Part shown: positions 37,127 through 50,599 of the stretch, piece after piece
Position numbering within the stretch: the stretch's first letter is position 1
How the letters are laid out: the number at the start of each line of letters is the position of its first letter
NCBI RefSeq assembly: GCF_902713615.1
Contig: NC_052152.1
Span: forward strand, 35,315,810 to 35,379,809
Origin: Scyliorhinus canicula
Taxonomy: Eukaryota
Length of the DNA: 64,000 nucleotides
Direction of reading: 5' to 3'
Notes under the pieces: model-generated
The model's database searches: none
What the model saw: the letters and a program-made list of their open reading frames with translations, nothing else
Told to the model about the DNA's origin: nothing
Position numbers and translations under genes: made by a program

Positions 37127-37290
37127 GGGGTGGATTCTCCATTGCATAGGCAGCACACTCATGCCGGAGTTTCCCCAACAGCGTGGGGCTGCTCACAACG
37201 GGAAACCCGATTGGCTGGCTGGCGGGATGAAGAATCTTGCTGCCGGCGGGGGTACGCCGCACCAGTGTGGTGGGACAGAGAATCCTGTCC
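37127..37290. mobile_element. short Harbinger-type MITE (170-bp family)
   Basis: GGGGTGGATTCTCC ... AGAGAATCCTGTCC; similar to 50703 and 51285 in inverted orientation. Confidence 0.7.
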
Positions 37291-38269
37291 ATGTCTCTGA
37301 AGTGGAACTTGAAATGATGACTCTGAGGTGCGAGGGCTTTAACATGACAAATCCTAAGGTGAACCATCAAAGCCTTGACGCTGATACACATGTGGAAATA
37401 TTAGGCCAGATGGCCAATGGCTTGGCCAAAGTGGTTGATTATAAGACTGTCTTACAGAAGGAAGGAGACTGGATAGGTTTAGTGAGATAATTCTCAACAT
37501 TAGGGCCTAGGCGGCTAAGAACACAGCCATTAGGGTGGAATGATCGAAATTGGGAATGCTGAAGAGATCAGAATTGATGGCACAATCTCAGAAGGTGCAG
37601 GTGGGATGGTGCAGTGAGGCTAGAGGAAATCATGGAGATAGGAAAGGCATGGAGAGATTCGAAAACAAGCGGCGGGATTTTATGGTGCCATCATGGCAGG
37701 GACGGGGCCAGAAAATGAGACGACCCGTTCAAAACTCCACTGACTTTGGCAGGCCTGGAAGGTCCTGCCAGTGGGTGGGGCTTTCAAATGCCATCAAAAG
37801 ATGAGAATTTAAAAATTATGGCATTGTTTAAATGGGAGTAGGACAGTGTGCACGGGGGAAGTGAGTGCGTAGGACTTGTCTCATGTTAGGACATGGACTT
37901 TGAATTAACCTCAAGTAAGGGTAGAACTGGTCAACCAGGAGTGGACTACAATTGCTAAGTCCAGATGATCAAAAGAAAGAGGCATGGATGAAAGCTTCAG
38001 CAGCAATTAGCTGAGGCAAGGGCAACATTACAGAGGTGAAAATTAGCCAGTCTTAGTGATGATACCATGATGCACCAGTATAGAAAATGGTAAGTTAATA
38101 AGTGAAGTTGGAGTAAGGGAAAAAGTAATGATGTCTAAATCAGGATTACTGTGCATGTATGTGAATGCACAGAGTATAGTAAATAAGATTGTGGAGTTAC
38201 AATCACAGATTGCATTGTGAAAAAATTATGTTGTTGCAATAGCACAACCCTGGCTGAAGGAAGGGCAAG

Positions 38270-39535
38270 ACTGGGTGTTAAAATTTGCGGATGATACTAA
38301 AATAGGTGGTGGGAAAGCAGGCAGTGAAGAGGAGACAAAGATTTACAGGCGGATATACATAGGCTAGGAGACTCGGCCAAAATTTGGCATATGGAGTTTA
38401 ATGTGAATAAGTGTGAGGTTATCCATTTTGGCCAAAAAAATAAAAAGGCAAATTAACATCTAAATGGAAAGCAGATTCAAAATGCATCTGGGCAAAGGGA
38501 TGTGGGTGTCTTTATTGGGCAGAGGGATGTGGGTATCTTTAAGTTGGTAAGGCAAATGGAATGTTAGCATTTATTGCAAAAGGACTGGAGTATAAAAATA
38601 GAGAAGTATTGTAGCAATTGTATGTGTGATTGGTGAGACCACATCAGGAGTATTGTGTCCAGTTTTGGTCTCCTATTTGAGGAAGGATGTGGTAGCATTG
38701 GAGGCAGTTCAGAGGAGGTTCACCAGATTGATTCCAGGGATGAAGGGGTTGATATATGGGGAGAGATTAAACAGTTTGGGCTTATACTCGCTGGAGTTTA
38801 GAAGGATGGGAGGAGATCAGATCAGGGTATATAAAATACTAAAAGGGATTAATAAAGTAAACGTAGACCAAATGTCCCCCCTTGTGGGGCAATCTAGAAC
38901 GAGATGTCATAGGTTGAGAAGCGGCAGATTTTAAACTGAGATGAGGAGGCACTACTTCTCGCAGAGGGTGGTGAATTATAGACCATAGACCATAGAATTT
39001 AGAGTGCAGAAGGAGGCCATTCGGCCCATCGAGTCTGCACTGGCCTTTGAAAAGAGCATCCTACCCACACCTCCATCCTATCCCCGTAACCCCACCCAAC
39101 CCTTTTTGGATACTAAGGGAAATTTAGTATGGCCAATCCACCTAACCTGCATATCTTTGAACTGTCGGAGGAAATCCACGCAGACACGGGGAGAAACGTG
39201 CAGATGTCACATAGACAGTGACCCAAGCTGGGAATCGAACCTGGGACCCTGGAGCTGTGAAGCAACTGTGCTTACCACTGTGCAACCGTGCTGCCCTGTA
39301 GCATTAATCTGATCTGTGGAACTCGTTGCCCCATAGTGTGGTGGAGTCTGATTCACTAAATAGCTTCAAGAAAAAGTTAGAAATATTTCTGATTTCAAAA
39401 TATGAGTTAAAGGGATATAGAGACCAGGTGGGGAGCTGGATTTGAGACCAGGACGAGATCAGCCATGATCTGATTGAATGGCGGGGAAGGCTCGAAGTGC
39501 TGACTTGCTTACTTCTGCTCCTAATTCCTATGTCC
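38270..39535 (+). mobile_element. CR1 LINE 3' portion with an inserted minus-strand V-SINE (38979-39297)
   Basis: KFADDTKIG at ~38281; LRKDVVALEAVQRRFTRLIPGMKGL; CR1-type 3'UTR. Confidence 0.88.
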
Positions 39536-39620
39536 CTGTGTACAAGATGTTCAGAAAAGATAAGAAAGGGGGAGACGTGCGGTTTTGGTTTGGGAGAGCA
39601 TTGCAGTGCTGGAGAAACAG

Positions 39621-39945
39621 GGGGTGGAATTCTCTGATCCTGAGGCTAAGTGTTGACGCCGTCGTAAATGCCATCGCATTTCATAATGGCGTCAACATGG
39701 CCTCAAGATCAGCAATTCTGAGCCCTACAGGGGTCCAGCACAGCACTGGAGCGACCCAAGCCACTCCAGCTATCGATCCCGGCATCAGATGGGCGTCGCA
39801 GGTCCGCACATGCGTAGTGGGACCGGCGCAATTTCTGCGCATGCGCGGTGTCTCCCTTCTCCGCACCGGCCCCGACGGAACATGGCGTAGGGCTACAGGG
39901 GCCGGCGCAGAACAAGAGGCCCCCAGCCTGCGAGGCCGCTAAGGC
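39621..39945. mobile_element. Harbinger-type MITE fragment
   Basis: Left end GGGGTGGAATTCTC; GC-rich interior similar to the 3681 family. Confidence 0.55.
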
Positions 39946-40439
39946 GTAAAAAACGTGCAATTACATTGCTTGGTGTGGTCTATAGACCACCAACTAGTAA
40001 GAAGGATGGAGAAGAACAAATCTGCAGGGAAATTACAGCAAGATGCAAACATTATAGAGTGGTTTTAATGGGTGACGGTGGTAGTGTGAAGGATGGAATG
40101 GGGTAAAAGTTCCTAAATTGTGTCCAAGAAAATGAGAGGGTACAAATTTGAAGTGATTTTCAAAAGAAGCAAATGTGATGTGAGGAAAACCTTTTTTACA
40201 CAAGTGGTTGGGGTTTCAAATGCACCGCCTGCAAGTGTGGTGGAGGCAGGTTCAATTGTGGCATTCAGGGGAGCATTAGACATGAATAGAAACATCGTTC
40301 AGGGATACGGGGAAAAGACAGGGGAATGGCTCTATGTCATGGTACTCGTTTGGAGAGCCGGTGCAGACACAATGGGCCAAATGGCCTTCTGCGCTGGAAC
40401 GATTCTATGATGTGGTCAGATGCTCAACTCAGGGACAGG

Positions 40440-41270
40440 TATAAGGTTACGGTTGCGAACAATTTGGTTCACCCATCGATGGTTGTCATAGAGAGTGATG
40501 AAGTCAGCAGCAAGGAAACAAAGCCTGTGATGGGGACGACTGACAATTGCTTCTGTTTTCTCAATATTTTGTTGGAAGAAATTTACGTTCATTCAGTAGT
40601 GGATGTCAGATAAGAAGTCTGAAAGGTTAGAGTCAGTGGAGGGATCAAGAAAGGTGGAGGTGAGATGGAGCTACGTATCGCCAATGTACATGTAAAACTC
40701 GATGTTGTGTTTTCTGGGGAGGGGCACAACTTGTAGGTGAGATCCTTGGAGGACAGCAGAGATAACGGTGCTGGAGTCAGGAAGAGAAGCCATTACCGAT
40801 TCTCCATCTACAACTGGATCGATGAGAATGGAACGGGGTAAGTACCGTGGCATCCGGCTGGGTTTTGGTGATGAGCCATTGGAACAGAATTTCACCATCA
40901 ACCATGTCAAAGGCTACAGACGGGGCAAGGAGGGATAGCTTACCTTCGTCACAATCAACTAGACTATCCTTTGCAACTTTCGCGAAAACTGTGGTGTGAG
41001 TTGAAATCTGATTGGAGGCTCACAAACGCAAAATTACATGAAAGATAAATATGGATTTGATTGGCGATAACACATTCAAAGTTTTTGGAGAGGACGTGGA
41101 TATTGGAGATGGGACAGTAGTTTGCAAGGATGGTTGGGGTCAAGGATTTTTGTTTGAGGAGAGTGGTGATGACTGCAGATTTGAAAGAGAGTTGAACAGT
41201 ACCTGTGGTGAGAGATCCATTAATAATGTTAGCTACCAAATGAGCCAGGAAGATAAGTAGGGCAGTCATC
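40440..41270 (-). mobile_element. L2-clade LINE RT fragment
   Basis: ORF 40964-41269 FKSAVITTLLK...LANYCPISNIHVLSK; VLQGS...HNIEFYMYIGDT. Confidence 0.75.
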
Positions 41271-41831
41271 AGATTACAGCCTAGAAAGCAATAGTGAGTT
41301 TCATCAACAGGTTATGTTTCTAACATGTTTGAATCTGTATTAAATAAAACATTTTTAATTTGTGTGCAAAACTGGGAGGAAATAAGTTCATTGTGATTTG
41401 CAATTTTCGTATAGAAATTAAAGAATGAAAGAGCACAAGAATTAAAATTCTAACTTAATTATTTTTAGCCTGCTAAATAAGTGGAGTCCTTAGACATACC
41501 TTCCTAATCTATGCCATGCTAATGTAACCTGAATGCCTTTGAGTCCATTCGTGTGCGCACTTTTGCTGTTATTCACGGGCTTGAGTAATTCCTAGGGAAA
41601 CTCACATTTACCCTCTGTGCCACTCTTTATTTTCACCAACTCCTCACTGCCTCCTCACGAGCAACAAACCCAGCTACCCCATTGTTCTCTCTTCATGACT
41701 TTTCTCTTCCAGTGCACCACTAACCATTGCTGCCTTCCATTCTTCCTGCAGATCAGCAATCACTGCCCATCTCACCCCTTTATTTGTTCTTTAGAATTTC
41801 TGTTCTGGATCAAGGTCCTTGCAAGTCATAA

Positions 41832-42144
41832 TTAATAATAATAATCTTTATTTGCGTCACAAGTAGGCTTACATCAACACTGCAATGAAGTTACTGTGAA
41901 AATCCCCCAATCACCACACTCCGGCGCCTGGTCGGGTACACTGAGGGAAAATTCAGAATGTCCAATTCACCTAACAAGTACGTCTTTTGGGACCCGTGGG
42001 AGGAAACCGAGCACCCGGAGGAAGCCCACACAGACATGGGGAGAATGTGCAGACCCTGCACAGACAGTGACCCAAGCTGGAAATCGAACCCGGGTCCCTG
42101 GTGCTGTGAAGCAACAGTGCTAACCACTGTGCTACTGTGCTGCC
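41832..42144 (-). mobile_element. V-SINE with (ATT)n tail
   Basis: Same type as 2624-2933. Confidence 0.85.
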
Positions 42145-42158
42145 TAAGCTTCTTTGTT

Positions 42159-42402
42159 TTTTTTTGTTGTTTTTAAAAAAAATTTAGAGTACCCAATTCA
42201 TTTTTTCCAATTAAGGGGCAATTTAGCGTGGCCAATCCACCTAGTCTGCACATCCACATCTTTTGGGTTGTGGGGGCGAAACCCCCGCAAACACGGGGAG
42301 AATGTGCAAACTCCACACGTACAGTGACCCAGAGCCGGGATCGAACCTGGGACCTCGGCGCCATGAGGCAGCAGTGCTACTCATTGCGCCACCGTGCTGC
42401 CC
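42159..42402 (-). mobile_element. V-SINE, A-tailed subfamily
   Basis: 15-bp TSD CTAAGCTTCTTTGTT at 42144-42158 and 42404-42418. Confidence 0.92.
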
Positions 42403-42459
42403 TCTAAGCTTCTTTGTTGATGACTGTATTGACATTGTGACTTTGATGGAATCTTAGTT

Positions 42460-42685
42460 GTTTTTTAAAATAAATTTAGAGTACCCAATTCATTTTTTCC
42501 ATTTAAGGGGCAATGTAGCGTGGCCAATCCACCTAGCCTGCACATCTTTCGGTTGTGGTGGCGAAACTCATGCAGACATGGGGAGAATGTGCAAACTCCA
42601 CACGGACAGTGACCCGGGGCTGGGATTCGAACCCGGGTCCTCACCGCTGTAGTCCCAGTGCTAACCACTGTGCCACATTCTGCCC
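42460..42685 (-). mobile_element. V-SINE, A-tailed subfamily
   Basis: 16-bp TSD TGATGGAA(T/A)CTTAGTT at 42444-42459 and 42686-42701. Confidence 0.92.
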
Positions 42686-44774
42686 TGATGGAAACTTAGT
42701 TAATAGGTGACAGCACATTTGCCCTTTGGGAAGCCTCTCTACTTGCTAATACGTTCTCCCATCTTCCATCTTTAAACCACCCGCGGTAGCAATGCAGCTC
42801 TTTTGCTAAATTCTCATTGATCTCTCTAATACTACTCCTCTGGTACCTGCTCTTCATTTGAGCACCTTACTTTCTTCCATCAACATTCTCCGACTTCACA
42901 ATTCTCATTATCTACTGTCTCATTCAAGCAGCATTCCAGGTTTCTCATCCAAGATATTCCCCCTCTTTCCCTGCCCCCCCCCCCCCCCCCCCCCCGCCTT
43001 TGCACTGAGTGAGTCATCATGTTCAGCAATCTCCAACTCCATCTCAATTCACCTTGATTTTATTGCCCGCCAGTGCTCCTGAACCTTTCCTTCCAAACTT
43101 CATGCTTCTTGTCTTGCTCTCTCCCCACCCCAATCCCCCTCCCTGACCCAGCCTTGACCGTGCCATCTCGGGTGGCCCCTCTACTCATAGTCTTGATTAT
43201 ACACAGGGCTCATCTACAGCCAGTTCTTTCTGTCTGTCACCACCCGCAGCTGAAAAGGGAATGAAATGCAAGGGAATAGAGCTAAGAAGGAACAGACGGC
43301 AAGTTGTTTGAAAGGGGATGACGGAAGCACCAAAACCAAGAACACCAACATGAATTTGAAAGAAAGAGGACAAAGTCATGAAAAGTAATGATGACTGTTG
43401 AGAGAATGGATACTTACAATTGCAACAAAAGCATATTGAAACCATCTTCACATTAAAACCTTTGGCAATTTTCAGTGCACAGAGATTTTATTTATGGAGA
43501 ACAAAATCAATTGAAAGAATTATCTTCTGCGCAAAGTCAAATTAGCCTTTAGCTAGGCAAAGGCAAAATGTAAAAAAAAAACTTATTTGTGGATTAACCT
43601 CTTAACTATTTCATGTTTCTAATTACATGATTTCTCTGGTGTTCTTCAGGGACTACTTGGAAATGATATGATGCAGCTCAATGTATTGCTGCAGTGGAGT
43701 ACTTAGACCAAACAAAAACAGATGTTTCCTGTGATGGACATAATTGAATATCATGCCATGCTTTCTGTTGTGAAATGCTGAAGCATATAGTTTGTTCTAT
43801 TCCATGAAATTCTATATAAGGCTACATTTTTAGAAACCAGGCTTTCACTTCAAAGTTGTAATCTGCGGTCCACTAGTTGGAGCATTCCGTAAAGACGATG
43901 TAAACGTATTGCAATATTGTGCAATTAGAATGGGGAAAAGTAAGAAACTTACTTAATGAGAATGGAATTTAGTTTTGACGTTTTAAACACCAAGCTAAAC
44001 TAACGCAGTGGTGTGCTAGCCAAGGTCTTATAGATTTAGAAATTTGTTGGTCTCTGAGCAATGAGGAAGATGATGAGAATCCGAATGTGCCGTGACCTTT
44101 AATTTACTGACAAAACCTTTTTAACTTCTTTACACTGTGAGAACATTCCCTTTGCCTGAGACAATGGACAGTTTGCCAATTTCTCTGTTGCTGGTGATGT
44201 CACGGTTGCTTCACCCATGGATGAATGGAAATATGCGTGTTGCATAATGAGGTGACCACTCCCAAAATTGTGCTTGCCTGACATTATCATTCTCTGCTGA
44301 GACCACAGTTGAGAGATTATAGCATAGCAGCTGGTGTTTTCAGTTATTCCAGGCATTCGAAGTGCAAATCAATGGCAGTGCAGTGTTTTAGCTCCAAATA
44401 TCAACATTTATAGCAATAGTAATAATAATAATAATCGCTTATTGTCACGAGTAGGCTTCAATGAAGTTACTGTGAAAAGCTCCTAGTCGTCACATTCCGG
44501 CGCCTCTTCAGGGAGGCTGGTCCGGGAAGATTCTCTTTCTGCCATTATTCACAAATCTTTTAGTTACCAACCTAATTTGAAAGACTAACAAAGAGTTGAG
44601 TGGACAGTTATTTTTAAACAATGGGCATCTCAACACTTCTGCACCAAGCTATCCTCCTTTAAGCTAGCCTCTTGCCCTCCTTTAAGAAAAAGTCTATTAA
44701 AACATGGCAGCCATACTTAGCACAGCCCCCTGTACTCATTGGCCTGCGCTGACACCGGGTCTGGCAATGCGTAC

Positions 44775-45365
44775 TTAACAGATCAGGCAGCATCTGCAGA
44801 GAGGAAGACCAAAAGGGGAGGGCAGGAGAGATTAAATGACAAACGGTTTAAGGGTAATGGATAAAGTAAAGTAATGAAAGGTGTGTCCAGATGAGGTGCT
44901 GTGAATTGCTGGAGAGCAGTGATCCAAATGAAAAATGGAACAAAAATAACCAAACCAACAAAATAAAATAGAAGTCGAGGTTATGATGTAAATTTTTTGT
45001 ACTCTGAGTCTGGAAGGCTGGAGAGTACCAAGTCAAAAGAGGAGGTGCTGTTTCTTGAGCTTGCAATGTACTTCTTTGGAGCACATATGCAGGCCAAGGG
45101 CAGAAAGGTCAGATGGAAACGAGGTGAAGAATTGAGGTAACAAGTGAAAGGAAGCTCAGATTCATGTTTACACACTGAATGCAGGTGCTCCACAAAATGG
45201 TCACCCAGTCTACTTTTGGTCTCCCCAGGTTAGAAGAGACCAGACTGTGATCTGCAAATAGAGTAAATTACATTAAAAGTACAATAAATTAGTGTTTCAC
45301 TTGGAAGGAGTGTTTGGGCCATTGAATGGTGAGAAGGGGGGAGGTTAAAGGGCAGCCACTGCTTC
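44775..45365 (-). mobile_element. old Penelope-like element remnant (GIY-YIG endonuclease)
   Basis: Degenerate minus-strand GPNTPSK...GETKSRLGDHFVEHLHSVCKHESELPFTCYLNS...QHLLF.LGTLQPS. Confidence 0.75.
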
Positions 45366-45984
45366 TCCTGTACTTGGAAAGGTGGTGTGAGAAATGAACT
45401 GGTTCCCCACCAATCATGCCTTCTGTTTTGAAAAAGACTCATTTATTCCTACTCTCTGGTACCCATCTGCTACCCAATTCTCAATCTATGCCAGTATATT
45501 GCCCCAATCCCATGAACTTTAGTTTTGCATACTAATCTACCTCTTTGACCAAGCTTTGGGTCACCTATCCTAACATCTTCTCCTGTGACATGGTAACAAA
45601 TTCTATCTGATATGTTGTCTGTGAAGCACTTTGAGATGGTAAAGACACTATATAAATACAAGCTGTTGTAAAGAGCTATGAAGAAGGTCGTGAAGAGAAA
45701 TATATTAATGCATCCCAGCTCACTGTTTACAGCAGTGCAAGTGATGACCTTATTCTCACTACATTCAGGAGTGAGGGAGGTCAGGGTCGGATATGCAGGA
45801 GGTCAATGATCAGGGTCAGGAGTAGAGACAATTAGGGGGGACTGTGGTGAGAGAGATCATAATACAAAAGAAAAAAATGGACTTTCCGATTCACGTAACT
45901 TTGATTCAAACACAAATGATTTCTGTTTTCTCTGCTACTAACATTGGCCAACTGACTTTGTTGAACCAAATAAATGAAAGTAGG

Positions 45985-46275
45985 CCTTGCATTTGTACAG
46001 GATCATTCATAACCTCTTGATAGCCCAAAGAGATTTACAGCCAATGAAGTACTTTTGATGCGTTGCCACTGATATAATATAGGGAATGTGGCATCAAATA
46101 TGCACACTGTAAACTCCCATAAAATAGCAATATGATAATGACAATCTGTTTTAGTGAATCTGATAAATATTGCCCAGCACACCAGGGATAACTCCCTCCA
46201 CCTTGTCTTCAAATAGTGCCATGGGATATTTTACTTCCATCTGAGATTCCAGGCAGATCTTCAGTTTAATATTGG
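45985..46275 (-). mobile_element. old SacSINE1/DeuSINE-like element
   Basis: Similar to 36790-37120. Confidence 0.6.
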
Positions 46276-46289
46276 TGGCGGGGATACTT

Positions 46290-46985
46290 CTAGAAACAGT
46301 AATATGGGAGAAAATTAACAGCCACTTGAACACGTATGGGATAATAAAGGAGAGCCAGCACACATATGCTGAGAGAAAATCATGTTTTATCAACTTGATT
46401 GAGTTTTCTGATGAGTTAACAGAGCATTGATGGGTTTAATGCTGTTGTATGTATGGACTTTCAAAAGACACTTGACTAAGCACCATAGATTAGACTTGTT
46501 ATCAAAATTGAGGCCTATGGGATAAAAGTGGTAGTGATAGCATGGGTACAAAATTACTAAGGGATACAAAGAACTGTGTCAAATGGCTTTGTTGCAATGG
46601 AGGAAGTGTATTCTCCATTGTTCAAAAATTGGACCAATACTATTTTTGATAGCATTGAAGAAGAGTAATTGAGTTCAAGAGAATGTAGGCTGGTGGAATG
46701 GGAAGACACATGAAATTCAGCCCAGGAAAGTGTGAGGTGATCCATTTTGGTGGAAAAATTAAGAAAAACGATACAAGCTATCAGTACATGTTTAAAGAGG
46801 GTGCAAGATCAGAAAGACCTGGGGATGTTTTGTGTACACATGTTTTAAATGAGCAGGGCCACAGTAAGGGTTAATAAACCTTATGAGATCCCAGGCTTGG
46901 GAAAACAATAGTCATGGTAAACCAAATGAAACACAAGTTCAGTACCATTTGGAATATTGTGTCCAATCTTGAAGCTTTAGAGAGT
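46290..46985 (+). mobile_element. decayed CR1 RT fragment
   Basis: KESQH...KSCFINLIEF; VCMDFQKTLD; KCEVIHFG. Confidence 0.75.
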
Positions 46986-47814
46986 GTGATAGCCGTGCCT
47001 TCAACTGCCTTGGTTCTAATCTCTGCAATTCCCTTCCCAAACCATTCCGCCTCTTTACTTCTCTCTCCTCTTCTATAAGATGCCCCTTCAAATCCAAACC
47101 TTTCCTCAAGCTTTCAGTTGTCTCTCTATTTTCTTATGTAGCTCAGTGTCAATTTATAAGAATTATTTCCCCGAAATGCCTTTGCAAATTTTACTACATT
47201 AAAGGTACAATATTAAATGCTAGTTTTAAGTAGTTGTAAATTGTTTCTATATGTTTTGAGTAAAATTTTGAGCAAAATTGCATTTTCCTGTTTCAGTGCT
47301 GTATCAAATAATTTTTTTTTTGTTCTCAAATTTGAAGAGAGCAGACTGCACTGCAAGAGCTGAGACTTGCTGGATGAGATGCACATGGTTTTCCGCAGCT
47401 GAAGTATGGTCAGTTAGCCCAGTGGTGACCCAGGAGTTATCACCTCATTACTCGTTAATGAAGTGCTGAGTGACAATGTTAGAATGATAGCCGATGAGAT
47501 CAGAACTAAGTGCCCAAGTATCCTGATGAATAAAAATGCAGCTCTACATCTCTGATTAATTTACTTGAGCTGGAGACTGAACATTATACATGCATATGCA
47601 TGCCTTTTGAACGTAAAGGCTCAGGCATTTATCATTTAATGAAAACAGGAAAAATTACTCCTCAGAGTAAATTAAGGAACATTGAATGAAATTGCAAGAA
47701 TGTGCAGCGTTGAAATGTGTGATATAAAACTCTAGCAGAGAAACACAGTGGGCCTCCAAAAATTATGCTTTAATGTGTTTTGAGCCACTTCCTCAGTGAA
47801 ATGGAGGAAAGCTT

Positions 47815-48180
47815 TGGATTGGATTTGTTTATTGTCACATGTACCGAGGTACACGTGAAAATAATTGTTCTGCGTACAGCTCAGACAGATCATTCCGTAC
47901 TTAAAAATAAAATACATAATAGGGCAAACATAAAATACACAATGTAAATACATAGACACTGGCATTGGGTGTAGTACCACTCGGAAGAGAAGATGTGTGA
48001 AGCGATCAGATCAGTCCATAAGAGGGTCGTTTAGGAGTCTGGTAATAGCGGGGAAGAAGCTGTTTTTGAGTCTGTTAGTGCAGGTTCTCAGACTTTTGTA
48101 TCTCCTGCCCGATGGAAGAAGTTGGAAGAGTGAGTAAGCTGGGTGGGAGGGGTCTTTGATTATGCTGCCTGCTTTCCCAG
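47815..48180 (-). mobile_element. Rex1/Babar-type LINE 3' end
   Basis: Minus-strand LFQLLPSGRRYKSLRTCTNRLKNSFFPAITRLLN; tail GACAATAAAC(AAATCC)n. Confidence 0.75.
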
Positions 48181-48289
48181 TTGTTCATCCACCTATGACA
48201 TGTGTGATGTTCAGTGACAATGGGGTGAACAATGAAGAAAATCGTACATATGGTGGTTGGAAGTGCCTGCAGATCAGTTTGTATTGAAA

Positions 48290-50120
48290 GTATTGTAAAC
48301 TGTGAAAGAAGTTGAAGTTTATAACTTCAGAAGGACATAGTCAAGTTGGTGGAGTGGGCAGATAGATGGCAGATGAAATTTAATGTGTAGCAGTGTGAGG
48401 TGATGCATTTTGGTCAGAAGAACATGGAGAGACAATATTGAATAAGGAGTAAAATTCTTAAAGGGGTGCAGGAGCAGAGGGAGCTGGCTGTATATGTGCA
48501 TAGATCATTGAAGATGGCAGGACAGGGCAGCACAGTGGCCTAGTGGTTAGCACAGCTGCCTCACGGCACTGAGGTCGCAGGTTCGATCCCGGCTCTGGGT
48601 CACTGTCCGTGTCGGGTTTGCACATTCTCCCCGTGTCTGCATGGGTTTCGCCCCCACAACCCAAAAATGTGCCGCGTAGGTGGATTGGCCACTCTAAATT
48701 GCCCCTTTATTGGAAAAAATAATTGGGTAATCTAAATTTATTTATTTTTTAAATTTAAAAAGAAGATGGCAGGACAGGTGGCGAGAACAGTTAATAAAGA
48801 TTGCAGTATTCTGGGCTTTATTAATAGTGGCATAGAGTACAAGAGCAAGGAGGTTATGGTGAAATTATACAAGACACTAGTTAGACCTTGGCCGGAATTT
48901 TGTGTACAGTTCTGGGTGCCACACTATAGGAAGGATGTGAATGCACTGGAGAGATTACAGAAGAAGTTTACAAGAATTGTTCCAGGGTTGAGAAACTTCA
49001 GTGATGAGGATGTTAAGGAATGGGTTAAAAGTCATTCCACAATAATTGACACTGATATGTAAATAATAATAACCATTTATTGTCACAAGTATGAAGTTAC
49101 TGTGAAAAGCCCCTAGTCACCACATTCCGGTGCCTGTTCGGGTAAGCTGGAATTGAACCCCCACTGCTGGCATTGTTCTGCATCACAAACCAGCTGTCTA
49201 GCTCACTGAGCTAAACTGGCCCTGCAGAGGCTGCAGGTGGTCTTTGGCAGCATGTGATACGGTGAGAGAATTTTGTACAGAGCTGTGTTCAAGGAAAATA
49301 AAGGTGTTTTGTGAAAAGGAGCAGAATTCTTGAATCTTTACTCAACAACAGCCAGAAGCTAACAGAGGATAGATTGGAGCGGATCGGACTGTTCTCCTTG
49401 AAGAGAAGGCTGAGAGGAGATTTGATAGATAGAACATAGAACAGTACAGCACAGAACAGGCCCTTCGGCCCTCGATGTTGTGCCGAACAATGATCACCCC
49501 ACTTAAACCCACGTAACCCGTATACCCGTAACCCAACAATCCCCCCATTAACCTTACACTACGGGCAATTTAGCATGGCCAATCCACCTAACCCGCACAT
49601 CTTTGGACTGTGGGAGGAAACCGGAGCACCCGGAGGAAACCCACGCGCACACGGGGAGGACGTGCAGACTCCACACAGACAGTGACCCAGCCGGGAATCG
49701 AACCTGGGAACCTGGAGCTGTGAAGCATTGATGCTAACCACCATGCTACCGTGAGGCCCCAAATCATGTTCCAAATCATGAGGGGGCTGGACCAGAGTAG
49801 ATAGAGAGAAATTGTTCCCGCTTATAAAAGCATCAAGAACGAGAGGGCACAGATTTAAAATGATTTACAAAAGAAGCAAATGTGATGTGAGAAAAAATCT
49901 TTTTTCACACAACACGTGGTTCGGGTCTGGAATGCTCTGCCTGGCATTGTGGTGGAGGCAGGTTCAATTAAGGCATTCAAGAGGGCAGCAGATGATTATT
50001 TGAATAGAAAAAATGTGCAGGGGTACGGGGAAAAGGCAGGGGAATGGCACTTAATTATGATGCTCGTTTGGAGAGCCGGTGCACACACGATGGGCCAAAT
50101 GTGCGCTGTAAGGATTCTGC
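48290..50120 (+). mobile_element. CR1 LINE 3' portion with three nested SINEs (48525-48761 +, 49063-49222 -, 49428-49760 -)
   Basis: ILGFINSGIEYKSKEVMVKLYKTLVRP...; RVWNALP; the 48525 SINE has 15-bp TSD GAAGATGGCAGGACA at 48510-48524 and 48762-48776. Confidence 0.85.
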
Positions 50121-50599
50121 AATGATGTATGGATTAGAGTTTTAGTAGCAGATCAGCTGTGGCTGGGGCAGAGTCAGGTGATGTTAAGGAAGTATTACTT
50201 GGCAGTCTTGTTTTTTTTCTTTCTTCTTTCGTGGACATTGCTGACAAAACCAGCATTCGTTGCCCATCTCTAATTGCCCTTGAACTGTTTGGCTTGTACG
50301 GCTATTTCAGAGGGCAGTTAAGAGTCAGCCACACTTCTGAGGAGGCAAATGTAGGCCGGACCAGGTGAGAAGGCAGCTTTCCTTCCCTAAAGGACGTTAG
50401 TGAACCTGATGGGTTTATACCACAACCAATGATGGACCCATGGTCACAAGACTAGCTTTCATTCCAGATTTTATTAATTTAATTTAAATTCCACCAGCTG
50501 TTGTGGTGGGTTTGAACCCATGTCCTTTGGATCACAATTCCAGTTGCATTACCACTATGCTAACATCTGCCACCCCGCCACCTACCCCCTTTGTTGCTA

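Noticed and set aside
38490-38545. 27-bp direct repeat in CR1
   Set aside because: An ordinary local duplication or deletion scar in a decayed LINE.
47278-47555. Possible coding exon
   Set aside because: No coherent acceptor/donor pair and no recognisable protein similarity.
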